Assembly (NCBI GenBank): GCA_000388065.2
Contig: KB932206.1
Reading direction: 5' to 3' (one strand)
DNA length: 64,000 nucleotides
DNA from: Fonticula alba ATCC 38817
Taxonomy: Eukaryota; Protista; Nucleariida
Shown here: positions 1 to 12,549 of the stretch, piece by piece
Position numbering within the stretch: position 1 is the stretch's first letter
Layout of the letters: every line of letters starts with the position of its first letter
Translations under genes and position numbers: made by a program
Notes under the pieces: generated by a model
Seen by the model: only the letters and a program-made list of their open reading frames with translations
What the model was told of the DNA's origin: nothing
The model's database searches: none

Positions 1-937
1 GACTGCCTGGCCTGCTCGTTGCCTCGGTGCAGGGCGTGCAGCCGGTCGGCCATCACACCCACCTGCTCGTGCATCACCTCGTAGAAGGGGCCGCGCAGGG
101 CCTCCTGGTGCTGGAAGACCGGGCTCAGGAGATGCCGGTAGTGCTGCCACCGGGGTCCGCCATCGCTCAGCAGGATCCCCTCGGGCCCGAGCCAATTCGC
201 CAGCAGGTCGTACGAGAAGGACTTCGCCGCGTTGGCCATCTGCGAAGCTGGCACCGCGCCGGGTGTGAGCCAAGAGAAGAGGCATCCCCAGGGGATCTCG
301 GTCAGAACATGGCTGTACTTTCAACCACTGCGGCGAGTGGACAAGGGGGCGTGGGGGACTCGGCGCGTCGCGCGCACCACCGATGACGGCCTTGATGGCA
401 TTCGGCGAGTAGACCTCAACCCCGGGGATGGGGCCAATCCAAAACTGCCCATACCCCGGGGTGTTGGGGTGGCAGGAGAGAGCCGTGAAATGGGCCTCCT
501 GCTTTTTGGGGTCCCTCGGGACCAGGCCAATGTGACCCATAAGCAGGGAACAGGGGCGCGAGGGCAGCTGGAGGATGGCTGGGAATTTCTGCGCTCGGGA
601 CAGGGAACAGGGCGGGTAGGGGGGGGGGGGGGGAGGTGAGTTGGTGAGCCACACCGATGGCCGGGTGCAGACATCCAGGGCAGCGACCGAGGCCGGCAGC
701 GGGGGGAGGGCAGGAACAAGCAAAGCCACACGATCAAGGTCGCACCCTGCGATTGGTGATGTAGATGTTGGCCACGAACAGGGTGCCGCAGACGATGACC
801 GCAAGGATCCCGGCCGCGGCCGAAGTGGAGAGCATGCCGATGGCGGCGATGCAGCCAGCACCAACTGCGCCGGCCGTCAGGGGCAACAGCAGCGCCGGCT
901 TTTGGTCCGGGACAGGCAAGGTGTTTTGGCCCATCAT
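1..937 (-). CDS. Cytochrome P450, CYP4-clan-like, copy A (5' part only; continues beyond the left window edge)
   Basis: Exons 937-746, 588-378 and 247-<1, with GT-AG introns in the same positions and phases as copy B. N-terminal TM anchor (MMGQNTLP...ILAVIVCGTLFVANIY). Exon 3 is nearly identical to 6748-6994 (WLGPEGILLSDG). Confidence 0.85.
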
Positions 938-1797
938 CAGAAGACCGGGAAGGTAGCTGCCCGGTAATAGGTGAGCAAAGAAGGGGGAGGGGGCCGGGGA
1001 GGACAGTGAGGGAATCGACGACGGCCTGGGTCGGGAAGGTGCCCGCTCTTTGGTGCCCCGCTGGGGCCAGGAACGAGGCACGGGGGGGGGGGGGGGGGGG
1101 CTTTCGCGTGGGCGTGTGCCGGAGTACTGCCAGGAGGCCTCCCGGGGCCGGGGGCCGGTGGAATCCAGCAAGAGGTGTGCCACGCCAGCTGACGAGCCAA
1201 GACACGGGTGTTGATTATGAGACAGATCATGGCAGGAAGAAGAAGCCACGGGAAAGGCGCAAGTCCGGGATCGAGCCGTGGCTTTCAGACAGGGGGGGCC
1301 ATCTTACACCGACGACAGCCCCCGGAGTTCGTCCCCCTGGGCGCCGCCCGACGCTCGGCACCAGGCATACGGGCAATGAGATGGCCTCCCATCGGGGGAG
1401 GGTGGCCGGGGGGGGGGGGGGGGGGGCAGACACACAGGCACCCGGCGACCCACTGAAGGGGTCGCTGGCTCCTCCAAACCCACGGGACTCCCCTGTCGGC
1501 GAGCAACGGGCCGGGGCAACGAGTCCGCGTGCGGCCCTTTCCCGGGAGCAATCTACTTTGCTCATACAAACACACGTGCATCGAGTGCCGGCCGTGAGCG
1601 CCCCTCCCTCCCCCTGGGAAAGTGTGAAGGAACCTCCCCCCCTCCTCCCGGTTCCCGACCGACGCCAGCCGCGGGTTGGCCGGGGAGGGCGCNNNNNNNN
1701 NNTGGGGCTTGGCATTGGACCTCGAGGGGGGGAACATGCTCGGCCGAGGAGGAGAGGGAAGGAGAAGGGTGGGCGAGGGCGGCGGGGTTGGACGGAC

Positions 1798-2431
1798 AGC
1801 GAGTGACAATCCCCTCGATACTGACTAGACTACCGAGGTAGTGCGCGGCCAGCATCCGAGGGTTGAGCGAGTGCGCCCCAAGTGGCCCGGTGATGCCGAT
1901 GCGCAACTGGCCCTCGGTCTCGCGCGCGTACAGATGGTTGATGGACTCGACCATTTCACGCAGGGCCTGCTCGAAGGCAATCAAACGAAGGGACGGGTTT
2001 TTCAGGAGGCTGCAAGACGGATTAGTGGCCGGGAAGACGGGGGGGGGGAGCGACAAGCAGGCACGGGGTGCTGCTGGGCGGCTGCAATCGGCCGTACATC
2101 TTGGCCTCGGCCGCGTTGAAGGCGCGCAGATCGTCAATATTTACAATCAGCCGAGTTTGGCGCTTGTTGATCATCTGGGCGACCAGGTCGCGGTAGTTGA
2201 CCGAGAGATCCTGCGGGCAATGAAGAGTCAGGGGGGTCAGGAGCCCGGCGGCGACAGCGAGGGCAGGCAGGAAGGGGGGGGGGGAGGGCGGGGCAGGAAG
2301 AAGCCCAGGATGGGTTTTCCTCAGCAACGTACCGTGCTATCGAGAAACTGCGCATACAGTCGAACGACCAGCGTGTCGATGTCGACATCGCCGCTTGCCA
2401 CGGCGGAGGAGGTCGAGAGGAAGGTGCTCAT
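1798..2431 (-). CDS. MCM3: MCM3 DNA replication licensing factor, N-terminal fragment only (about 140 aa), ending just before an N-gap
   Basis: Exons 2431-2333, 2210-2098 and 2009-1798 splice in frame. They encode QTRLIVNIDDLRAFN and LGAHSLNPRMLAAHYLGSLVSIEGIVTR, typical of the MCM3 N-domain. No AAA+ exons were found downstream. Confidence 0.8.
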
Positions 2432-4526
2432 GCTGTCTTGCTCTCTCGGCTGCGAAGGACAAAACCGCGGATGCTGAGTCTCGCTAACAGGGGCCCTGGG
2501 CAGAGAACACTGGATCGAGCGAAGGAAGGGGGAGGAGGGGAAGGAAGGGAACGGGGGAAGAGAGTCTGAGGGGGGGGGGGAGGTGTGTGGGGGTGTGGAG
2601 CAAGCCCGAGAAGTTCGCATCCTGTCAGGGTGGTGGCCCTTCTCCCTGGAGGAGGGCGGAGGGCGGAGGGCGGAGGGCGGAGCGAGACAGGGAGAGCGAG
2701 AGAGAATTGCTGGCAGGGAAATGTGCGGCATCCCCCCTCCCCGCACGGAGCGGGCCATGGGCTGACATGCCAGATCGCCGACACAGACACGCCTGGAGCA
2801 CCCACCCGGCCAGCGCCCCACCCCACCCCCCNNNNNNNNNNGGGGGGGGGGGGGGGGGGGGGTTGGATCATGAGGCCTGCCTTGGTAAACGCAACCGCCT
2901 CCTGTGTCTAACCCGCTCGATGGGCACCCAGTCCCAGCCAATGAAAGGCTGGAGCCCTCATGGGCCGAGCGCAGAGACGTGCTTGTGCGCGTACATGGGC
3001 GCAGGAGCGGGTGAGCATGCTGCCTTCAGCAAGGGCACGCACCCTTGGGACGCGGCATCGAGTGCGAAGCTGCACGGCCCTCTTGCTCCCCTCGCAGGGA
3101 GCACAGCGGCCAGTCCCCATGTCTGGTCACGAATAAGAAGGGCTGCGCGCCGTGAGCCGGGCCGGGCGGTCCCTTCGACCTGTCCGGGGACAGGAAAAAG
3201 AAAACAACCCAGCTTCCGAACCGGCTGGCAAGAATGCCTTGCCACGGACGGACGCTCCGGGCGCGGGGGGGGGGGGGGGGGCGTTCGGAGCGCAGGTGCT
3301 GGTCTGCTCAAACCGAACAGCCCCGCTCCTCGGTAAATTTGCAAACTACATCCCTCCGGCGCCAGGACGCCCCGACAGGGAGGGCCTCATCTGATTCACC
3401 GGATAACAGTAACCCTGGAACGGGGGGCTGCACGCGGCCAGGCAGCCACTCGGCGCTGGGGGGCGGAGGGGGAGGACGCCCAGGCCTTCGAGCGCGAATG
3501 CCCAACAGGCAACGGGAAGGGCCAGGGAGGAGCTCGGGCTGCACGAATAGCTGTGTCCCATCGCGAATTACATCCCCCGGCCGCGCCCCGCCCGGGGGGG
3601 GGGGGGGAGCCACGGCCTGCCGGGGAGGGCCCGCGCGCAGCCATTGAAGGCGTGCCACGAGACTCGTGCTGGGACGAGCCCCGCCCCCCGGGGGAGTCCC
3701 CATGCCGGTCCAATGGCTGGCCCGACCTCCAAAAGGCACACTTGCCCCCCGCCCGGCCCCGCCCCCAGACGGGGGAAGTCTGTCGCCCGAAAAAGGGCCC
3801 AGCGGCCACAGGCGCGTGTGCGCACACCCTCGGGACTCGGATACACACGCATGTAGGATGACCTGGCTGGCCGGCGAATAGCTCCACTTTCTGGGGGATG
3901 TCTCGCGAGCCTGCTCCCATCGCTCGACATGCCCCTCCCCCCTGGCACCCACCCGGCCCCGCTTTCTCGGACGAATGCACTCGGCCACCGCGGACCTTCC
4001 GCGCGGCGTGCTGGCCCCACCTGGGGCTGATTCGCCCCCGGGCTCTTCTTCACGCGCGAAGCCCGCACGGGCGAGGGGGGATTTTCGGTATGGCTTGTGC
4101 CAAAGCGCCTGTCCGTTTCACCTGAACGGCGCGGGCGCAATCCGCCCGTGTGATGGCCAGATCATGTGCCTGTGGGGCGGACTCCCATCCGAGAACCCAT
4201 TTCTCGTGGAGCTTGCTGTTCTATTCACCGAGCTTGAACCTTCTGGGCCTTCCTGGCACCGGTGACCGCCGCCTCTCGCCCCCGGCATGTGGTGGCAGGA
4301 TGCCTGGCACAAGCGCCCGGAGAAACGGGCAACAGGCTGCCCCCACGAGAGGCTCATGAGAGGACAGCCGCCGACAGTGTGAGCCCAGCGGCGCCTACAA
4401 GCATGGGTGCTCGCTGGCAGGGAGCCGCGTGTCTCGGGGGGGGGGGGGGGCTCTGCTCCCTCGCCCAGGCCCCGATTTTGCATGCTTGCCTGGGCCGCCG
4501 CCCGAGTCCCGACTGATAAGATCACT

Positions 4527-4527
<1 letters not shown>

Positions 4528-4591
<64 letters not shown>
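4528..4591. repeat. 64-nt poly-G homopolymer
   Basis: Directly visible run of G downstream of the CYP copy B stop codon. Confidence 0.9.
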
Positions 4592-4592
<1 letters not shown>

Positions 4593-4818
4593 AGCTGTAT
4601 TTGCGATATTGGCCCGGGTATACGCCGGCCTGGGCGAAAGGGGACGCCCAGGAGGGCGGACAGCAACCAGGACAAATGGCAGGACATTGGTCCCCGAGTG
4701 TGGTGTGGCAGCCACACCAACCGTGGGCATGGCAATCGACTGGGACCGGAGCCCGGTGGTCGGCGTACTGAGTGCACGGGGTGCCATGCTGATCGGCGGC
4801 GCCAAATGCCCCATGCAC

Positions 4819-6026
4819 TCAGGCCTCGGTGGGGGGAACACTGGCGCGCGGCTTGGCCTGCAGCCAGACTGGGTCCACCGAACCAAGGGCCACCTCCAGC
4901 AGGGCCAGCGCCTCGGAGCCCTCGACCGGCTTCTCCGACCCGGTGTTGTCCGGGCCACGCTGGCTGGCGGCCCCGAAGAACTGGAACTCATGCAGCAGCC
5001 GGGCCATCATGACGCGCTGGCCCAGCTCGGCGTACCGGCGACCGAGGCAATTGCGCGGCCCGGCCGAGAAGGGCATGAACTCGTACGGGCTGATGGGCTT
5101 GTCCTTCTCGCCCGGGGGGAGGGGCTGCCCGGCGCGGTCGTGGTGCACGTCGAAGCGCAGCGGCTCGAAGCGCAGGGGATCCGGCCAGACCGCCGGGTTC
5201 CGGTGGAGGGCCAGGATCTCCACATGGCAGTTGACCCCGGCAGGGATGGTGTGCCCATCGATGTCGACCTCCTGCGTGGTGGTCTTTTTTTTTTCCGAGC
5301 GGGCCGGCAAATCGCAGCGTCGTTAGAAACCGAGCATGGTCTGCCCGGGGAGGGGGCGGAGGAGGGGAAGGGCAATAAAGATCCGCCCGCCCGAAAGGCG
5401 ACGGCTGGCGCGCCAAGTGTGGCGGAGTGGGGTAGGGGGACATGTGGGGCGGGAGGGAGCAAGAATACGCACACGGGCGATGGTCGGCACGCTCGGGTAC
5501 ATGCGCATGACCTCCTTGATGAAGCAGTCCAGGCGGTGGAGCCGGCGCAGCTCGTCCGGCCCGGTCGGGGGGTAGGCCTCGTCGCCGCCATGCTGGCGGC
5601 GCTTCTCGCTCCAGAAGGCATCCAGCTCCGCCACAACCGGCTCCAGCTGACGGGGATGCCGCGACGCCAGGTACAGCGCCCAGCCGGCGAAGCTGGAAAT
5701 GGTGTCGTGCCCGGCGAACATCAGCGTGTCAACCTCCTCCCGAAGGGACTTGTCGTCCAGGAGCAGGGCCTCGATCTTCTGGCGGGCCTCCTTGGTGGGC
5801 GCCTCGGCCAGCTGCTGGCGGAGCTTCCCCTGCTCGAAGAGCAGCACGTCCAGGAAGGCCGGGCGCTGCTTGGGCTTGCCGGAGAAGGTGTCCAGCTGGG
5901 CGGCGGCGGCGGCGGCGGCGGCATCTTCGCCGGCGACGCCGATGCTGGACATGTCGATCTGGCTCTTGGCCAGCAGCTCGCGCCGCTGCTGGATGACCTT
6001 GTTGGTGAAGTCTTGGTGGTGATGAT

Positions 6027-6068
<42 letters not shown>

Positions 6069-7386
6069 CCACGCCCATGCAGGCCGACAGGGATGATGAA
6101 GAGAGCAAAGTGGCGGCACATGAGAAGGTTGGTAAAGGGGCCGGAAGTGCCGATGCAGGAGCAAGGGCGACAGGCTGCCGGGGGGGGGGGAAGTCGCTGA
6201 CGGCGCGTTTAGAGGGCTCTGCAAGGGGACCGCGCACCGTGAATGATCTTCAACTCGCGCTGGTAACGTCTGCCCAGCGGGGAGAGGCCGAAGATCAGCG
6301 GGCTCATCAGCCACGGCTGGCGGAAGCGCACGATGGACATTTCCTTCATAAAGTCCACGGCTCGGGTGTAAGCAATGTGGGCTTCCGAATGCTGGGCTGC
6401 GTGGGTTTTTTTTTGAGGTGCGTGGTCAGGCGAGCGAAGCCGGCTGTGATGTCGAGCAAGACGGACAAGCCGGCACAGGCACATGAGGGGAAGGCAAGGG
6501 AGGAGGGAAACAAAACACCCCTCGCACGAGCCCCATGTCGAACGCACAGTTCAGCTGGAAGCCCATGGCGGCCTCGCAGATGATGTCCAGCATGCAGGAG
6601 GAGAACCAGTCAAACACATCGAAGGCCGTGGCCGGCTGGCCNNNNNNNNNNCAGTTCAGCTGGAAGCCCATGGCGGCCTCGCAGATGATGTCCAGCATGC
6701 AGGAGGAGAACCAGTCAAACACATCGAAGGCCGTGGCCGGCTGGCCTGACTGCCTGGCCTGCTCGTTGCCTCGGTGCAGGGCGTGCAGCCGGTCGGCCAT
6801 CACACCCACCTGCTCGCGCATCACCTCGTAGAAGGGGCCGCGCAGGGCCTCCTGGTGCTGGAAGACCGGGCTCAGGAGATGCCGGTAGTGCTGCCACCGG
6901 GGCCCGCCATCGCTCAGCAGGATCCCCTCGGGCCCCAGCCAATCCGCCAGCAGGTCGTACGAGAAGGGCTTGGCGATGTTGGCCATCTGGGAGGCTGCCG
7001 TCCGAGGCCGGGCAGGCATTTGCCGGGGGGCGAGTGTCAGGAGGTCATGGCAAGGGAACTTCGGCAGACCGAGAGCTGGCGACCCATACCGCCAATGATG
7101 GCCTTGATGGCATTCGGCGAGTAGGTCTCCACGCCGGGGATCGGGCCAATCCAATACTGCCCATACTCCGGGGCGTGGGGGTTGCCAGGCAGAGATGTGT
7201 AATGCGCCTCGACCTTCCGCGGGTCAGCCGGGACCAGGGCAACATGCCCCATGATGAGGGGATGCGGCCGGCTGGGCATTTGGAGGATGGAGGCGAATTT
7301 CTGCCCCACAGGCGAGGGTCAGTTGCGCAGGAGAGGCGAGGCGAGGCGAGGGGGACAGGGGGCGGGGGGGGGGGNNNNNNNNNNNN

Positions 7387-7420
<34 letters not shown>

Positions 7421-7649
7421 CTGGAAGAAGCGGCCGGCACGAGCATGTGCAAAGGGGTACCCTGCGGTTGGTGACATAGATGTTGGTGACATAGAGAACA
7501 CCGCAGACGATGATGGCCAACAGTCCGGCAGCCGCCGGCGTGGGAAGCATGACGACCGCCGCCACAAGCCCGGCACCAAGGCCCCCGACCGCGAGAGGGA
7601 GGACTGGCACCTGCAGGCTGTCTTCGGACTCCTGATGACTTGAGACCAT
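4819..7649 (-). CDS. Cytochrome P450, CYP4-clan-like, copy B (about 634 aa, 6 exons)
   Basis: Exons 7649-7461, 7300-7090, 6994-6548 (includes a 95-bp assembly duplication plus gap), 6396-6238, 6011-5473 and 5283-4819. Motifs: I-helix EEVDTLMFAGHDT, ExxR EVMR, PLRF, heme FSAGPRNCLG. Confidence 0.93.
6028..6065. repeat. (CA)n microsatellite in CYP copy B intron 4
   Basis: Visible perfect dinucleotide repeat about 15 nt from the acceptor. Confidence 0.9.
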
Positions 7650-9284
7650 TGGCAGGGAGGAACAGGAAGTGGGGAGCTGGAAGTGGGGAGAGGAGCAGGG
7701 AGGAGGCGAGGAGAAGAGCGGGCAAGGAAGGTCGATCGAGTGTGCGGAGAGCAGGAAGTGGAGCTGCGTTTGTTTGGGGGGGCGGGGGGGGGGGCTTTTT
7801 TGGTCACATCCGCGCATGGATGTCGATGCACAGGGAGCACGCCGCCAAGCGGCCTTCATTTATATCTCCCAGAGCATCCAGGCATTGAGAGTGCCTCCCC
7901 ATCGAGAGCCAGGGCGAGGGGAGCAAAGGGGGCCAGGGGGGAGGTGCGAAAGGCCAAGCGGGGGAGCAGGAGGGCGAGGAGAGAGAGCGAGGCAATGGGG
8001 GGAGGGAGGCGGGGGGCAGCATGTTTGTGTTGGCAATCGGGGACAGGGAAAATCCGACGCCCGGGCGGGGGCCGCCGAACGTGGAGGAGGAATCGCCTTC
8101 GGGGCTGGCGACAATCGCCCATCGGTCAAGGGATTCACGCCCAAACATCAGCCAGGCAGGGAGCCATTTTCTCGACTGGCAGGGGCGCGTATTTGGCGAA
8201 AAAGGGGCAGGGATTGAGGCATGGCTGGGGGGCATCAGCTTATGTCCGGGCGTCCACCCACAAAGGAGCCCTGCCCGGGTGGGGGGGGTGGGGGGGAACC
8301 CATGCCAGGCGGGCCGCCGGGGTGCCTTTCCAGGAGGGAATTGGATAAACTCGGAACACAAGAAACACTGGCATACCTGCGACGAAGGGGGAATGCCACA
8401 CACAGTGGGCAACAGCACCATCATCCAGGGGGTCCGCCCGGCCACCTGGCATGGGTTCTCTCCCCCAGGGCAGGACATGGTGGTGGGGTCAACATGCCGC
8501 CGCAGATTGTGGACCAAGGGTTGGCATGCGCCCCGGCCTCGGACCCCTGCCCGCCGGGTGTGGCCGCCGCGGCCCGGCCAGGACGCAGCCATTGTCGCGC
8601 CACTGGGGAACGCGAATGGCGTGGGCCCCCGACATTGGAGCATGGCGCGGGTGGCCGGCACACGCAACCCCTGCCCTGCTGGGATTGGGCGCCAAGCGGC
8701 GGACTCACAAATCCCCGGACCCATGCACATGATGCCCGCGTGAATGCCGGTCGGCCAGCAGTCGCACATCAGGCAATCATCCCCCCCCCCCCCCCTCCCT
8801 TTGGCTGCTTTTGATGAGAGGCTCCCCCTCTCCACCTGCCCAGCCCCCACTCAAGTGCTTGGACCGCGCCCTGCCTTGCTTCCTGCCAGTAATCCTCTCT
8901 TCGACAGCGGTGGCTGCCCTTCCCAGCAGAGACGCATGCCCATCGGAGCCGCCCATGCCCCTGCCCGCGTGCCCCCCTTTGTCCCTGCTTCCCGCGCCCG
9001 CACCTGTGCCTCCACAGAGGAGGGGGCAACCCGGAAGACCCACAATGTTGGACCATGTTTCCCCCCGAATCCCAAATACAGCTGCATAGCAACCCTGCTA
9101 CGATGGGAGGAAAAAGGAGGAAAAGGAGGAAAGACAGAAGACGCATCGAGAGGCGGGGAGGGAGAGGGAGAGGGAGAGGGGAAGGGATGCATACTCCCCT
9201 TCCCCCCGCCCCCCTGCCGCGTCTTTACCATGCTGCTCGGGCCCTCCTCCACCACCCCCCGCACATGATGTGTACCGCGCGATC

Positions 9285-11893
9285 TCACTGGTCACCCAGG
9301 GTCGCCTCGCCAGTGGGCGCCTGTGGCAGGTGGAAGAGGTCCGAGATGATGCCGTCCACACCGAGGGAACGGGCCTTGGTAGCCTCCTTGGCGTCGTTGT
9401 TGTGCGAGCCCCACGTGAAGAGGCTCAGGCCCTTGAGGCGGAGTCGCAGGGAGAACGGGGTGGGCGATCAAGACAAAGGCCGATGTCAGCGTTTGGGCGG
9501 GGGGGAAAAAAAAACACGGGCGCCGCTGCACAGGCGTCTCCCCTGTGCGTGGGGGGGGGGGGCAACACCGCCAGCGAAGAAGGGAAAACACATGACCGGG
9601 GCGCACAAATTTCTTGACCAAAGTAATGAGCTCCGGCTGCTCGACCAGCGGCGCGGTGAAAGAGCAGACCCCATGCAGGCGCGCAACCCGCGCAAAGGAG
9701 ATGGCCGCCGCAACTGACATGGACCGAACATCGCCATATGCCCCGTACACAGGATGCCCGCCGGTGGTCAGGAAGATCACCGGAATGGCCGACTGCTTGA
9801 GACGAGCGCTTTTGCACGTCGCACAAACGAGGGGAGGGTCAATTGGGGGCGGGGAAACACCATGTGCAGGGGGAGGGGGAGGGGGGGGGGCAACGGCGGG
9901 ATTGTCGCGAGCGAGCAAGGGCCGAGACAGTGGCCTGGCCTCACGTACAGGTAGCAAATCTCGGGGTCGAAGCTGGAGATGACGATCGGCCGGGCACAGA
10001 TGGGCTGCGGGGCCAGGGCCACGCGCAGGATCTCGTCCAGCATGAAATTGCGATCGGCCCACTGGTCGAAGGTGTTCACCTCATCCGGGACAATGGCCGG
10101 CGTGGGGAACTTGATCTCGATGTTGAACATCAGCCCGGGCGGGAGAGCTTGAAGGGGTGGCGTGGGGGAGCGAGTGAGTTGCCGACCAACCAGGAGGGCG
10201 AGGGATGGAGGGGGGGGAAGCGCGAAGGGCGAGGCGCCACGCAAACGGGCCGGATGCCGGACGCCCCCTTCCTGCCGAGATGCATCGATACACACACACA
10301 CACGCAAACATGGGCACAAAATGGGGGACGCACTGTCGAAAAGCTGCTGCAGAGACGGCATGTAGCCGGGGGCCGGGACACATGGGGTGGTGCTGGCTTG
10401 ACCGGAGGCAGTGGCCACGCCGCTGGCATTGGGGTCCTGGTTGATGGGGCAGACAGTGCCGGCCGCGCGGCCGTGACCCGGCTCGGTGGACATGCACTCG
10501 AAGCCCGGATCGCCGCCGAGGTCCGCCGGCTGGCCATCCGCCCCGGGGACCTCGCCAGTCAGGCCCAGGTGCAGGGAACGCAGCTGCTTGGTGGACATCT
10601 GGTTCAGATTGATGACCACATCCTCGAAGCCCTGGGCACCGGCATCGCCATCGGAGCGCACGGTGCCACGCACGCGAGCATCAGTGTTGTGGTAAACGAC
10701 CACCTGCTTGCACTTGCTCAGGAGCACATCGAATTCCACGCCATCGGCGCCGTTGCGCGATGCGCGCAAAAGAGACAGGAGGGTGTTCTCTCGCAGGGGA
10801 GACAGCCAGGCCGGCGAGGGGCTGACATTGCGATCGGATGCGCCGGCCCCCCGGTGCCCCACCCGCCGGGCCCCCAGCCCGCTGACTGGCCCGTAGGTTG
10901 GAGCCGGCAGGGTGACCCCGGCCAGCTCGTCGGCCGAGGACCCCGCCGTCGAGGGGAGGCTGGTAAAGGGGAAGTCCGCCTGCATGCCGGGCGAGGGGAT
11001 CGTGGCCGAGGCGGCCAGGGCCAGAACGGACGCCGGGAGCGCCCGGCCAATGAGGACATCCGCCCGCAGGCGCCCGGCCGGCCGCGAAGGGCAGCCAGCC
11101 GAAAGGAGGGCCGCCTCGATGATGTCGGCCGACTTGCCGGCAAACTGCCCGGGGGTGACGGTGGCCGAGGCCAGCAGCATGGGCACCGGCGAGGTGCTGC
11201 CCTCGGGCCCGCTCGGGGCGGAGAAGATCTCGAAACACATGAACACCTGCTTCAGGGCGGCCTCCTGAAGCCGGAGTGTGAACTCGAAGCTGTCGCCGGC
11301 CGACTGAGTGGGCAGCAGAGCGAGGGCACAAGCCGCCCAAGGGGAAACCGGGTGTCAGGGGGTCGATCGAGACGGGGGGAGAGGGAGGGGAGGGAGGAAG
11401 CAAAGGAGGACTGGGGGAAGGGGCGGGAGAGGGAGAGAGGGAGATGGAGAGATGGAGAGAGGGGGAGAGAGAGAGAGAGAGAGAGACTCACCCAGGGGAC
11501 GCCGAACTCCGGCTGGATGGTCGGCACGAAGGAGGGGAACGGCCCGACCGGGGTCCTGGCCGAGGGGGGCTGGGGGCCAAGAGCCTCCAGCAGTGCCAGG
11601 TACTTGTCGCACTGGCTGTCGGAGAGGGCGCCATAGTTGCAAATGTTGATCTTCGAAAGGCCACACGAGAGGAGTGAGTGAAGCGGAAAGGGGTGGGGGA
11701 AGCGAGAAGAGGGAAACCCCATGAGACGCAAGGAGCAAGCCAAGGGAGCTGTACCTGCGGAAGGAGTGCCGCCGGCGCGTTGGCTTCGCCCGCCGAGAAG
11801 ACGCTCATTTTGACCGAGAGGGCCGAGGTGTCGGCGCCATTCGGGAGTCCAGCGGCCAGCAGCTCGATCGGGTTCGTGTCGCTGAGGCGTACA
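9285..11893 (-). CDS. Glycerophosphodiester phosphodiesterase, GPCPD1/Gde1-like (5' incomplete)
   Basis: In-frame exons 11893-11755, 11650-11492, 11303-10334, 10147-9949, 9808-9607 and 9431-9285. Motifs VGHRG, ENT, EFDV..YH, NIEIK, SSFDP, LFTWG, GVDGIISD. The first visible exon starts in phase 2, so upstream exons lie in or beyond gap 12055-12549. Confidence 0.85.
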
Positions 11894-12054
11894 CTTGTCA
11901 GGGCCGGAGGGGGGAGGACATGGTGGGAGGGGGGAGACGGAGGGTGTCCCATGCGCACCGAACGCCGAAGCGAACGCGAAGCTCGGCCTGCCCCTCGGAT
12001 AGAGGGAGCATTTGGTCATTGGCCGACTTGGGACGGAGAACCGGGAGGGGGGGG

Positions 12055-12549
12055 NNNNNNNNNNNNNNNNNNNNNNNNNNNNNNNNNNNNNNNNNNNNNN
12101 NNNNNNNNNNNNNNNNNNNNNNNNNNNNNNNNNNNNNNNNNNNNNNNNNNNNNNNNNNNNNNNNNNNNNNNNNNNNNNNNNNNNNNNNNNNNNNNNNNNN
12201 NNNNNNNNNNNNNNNNNNNNNNNNNNNNNNNNNNNNNNNNNNNNNNNNNNNNNNNNNNNNNNNNNNNNNNNNNNNNNNNNNNNNNNNNNNNNNNNNNNNN
12301 NNNNNNNNNNNNNNNNNNNNNNNNNNNNNNNNNNNNNNNNNNNNNNNNNNNNNNNNNNNNNNNNNNNNNNNNNNNNNNNNNNNNNNNNNNNNNNNNNNNN
12401 NNNNNNNNNNNNNNNNNNNNNNNNNNNNNNNNNNNNNNNNNNNNNNNNNNNNNNNNNNNNNNNNNNNNNNNNNNNNNNNNNNNNNNNNNNNNNNNNNNNN
12501 NNNNNNNNNNNNNNNNNNNNNNNNNNNNNNNNNNNNNNNNNNNNNNNNN
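12055..12549. other. Assembly gap, probably hiding 5' exons of the GDPD gene
   Basis: N-run flanked by G runs. Confidence 0.95.

Noticed and set aside
4429-6096. 555-aa plus-strand ORF with poly-Gly (and 9843-11636 similarly)
   Set aside because: Antisense to the CYP and GDPD exons; poly-Gly comes from a G homopolymer.
6547-6746. 95-bp direct repeat inside CYP exon 3 (apparent internal duplication)
   Set aside because: Identical copies flank a 10-N gap, which is an unmerged contig overlap. Removing one copy restores a 342-nt, phase-consistent exon.
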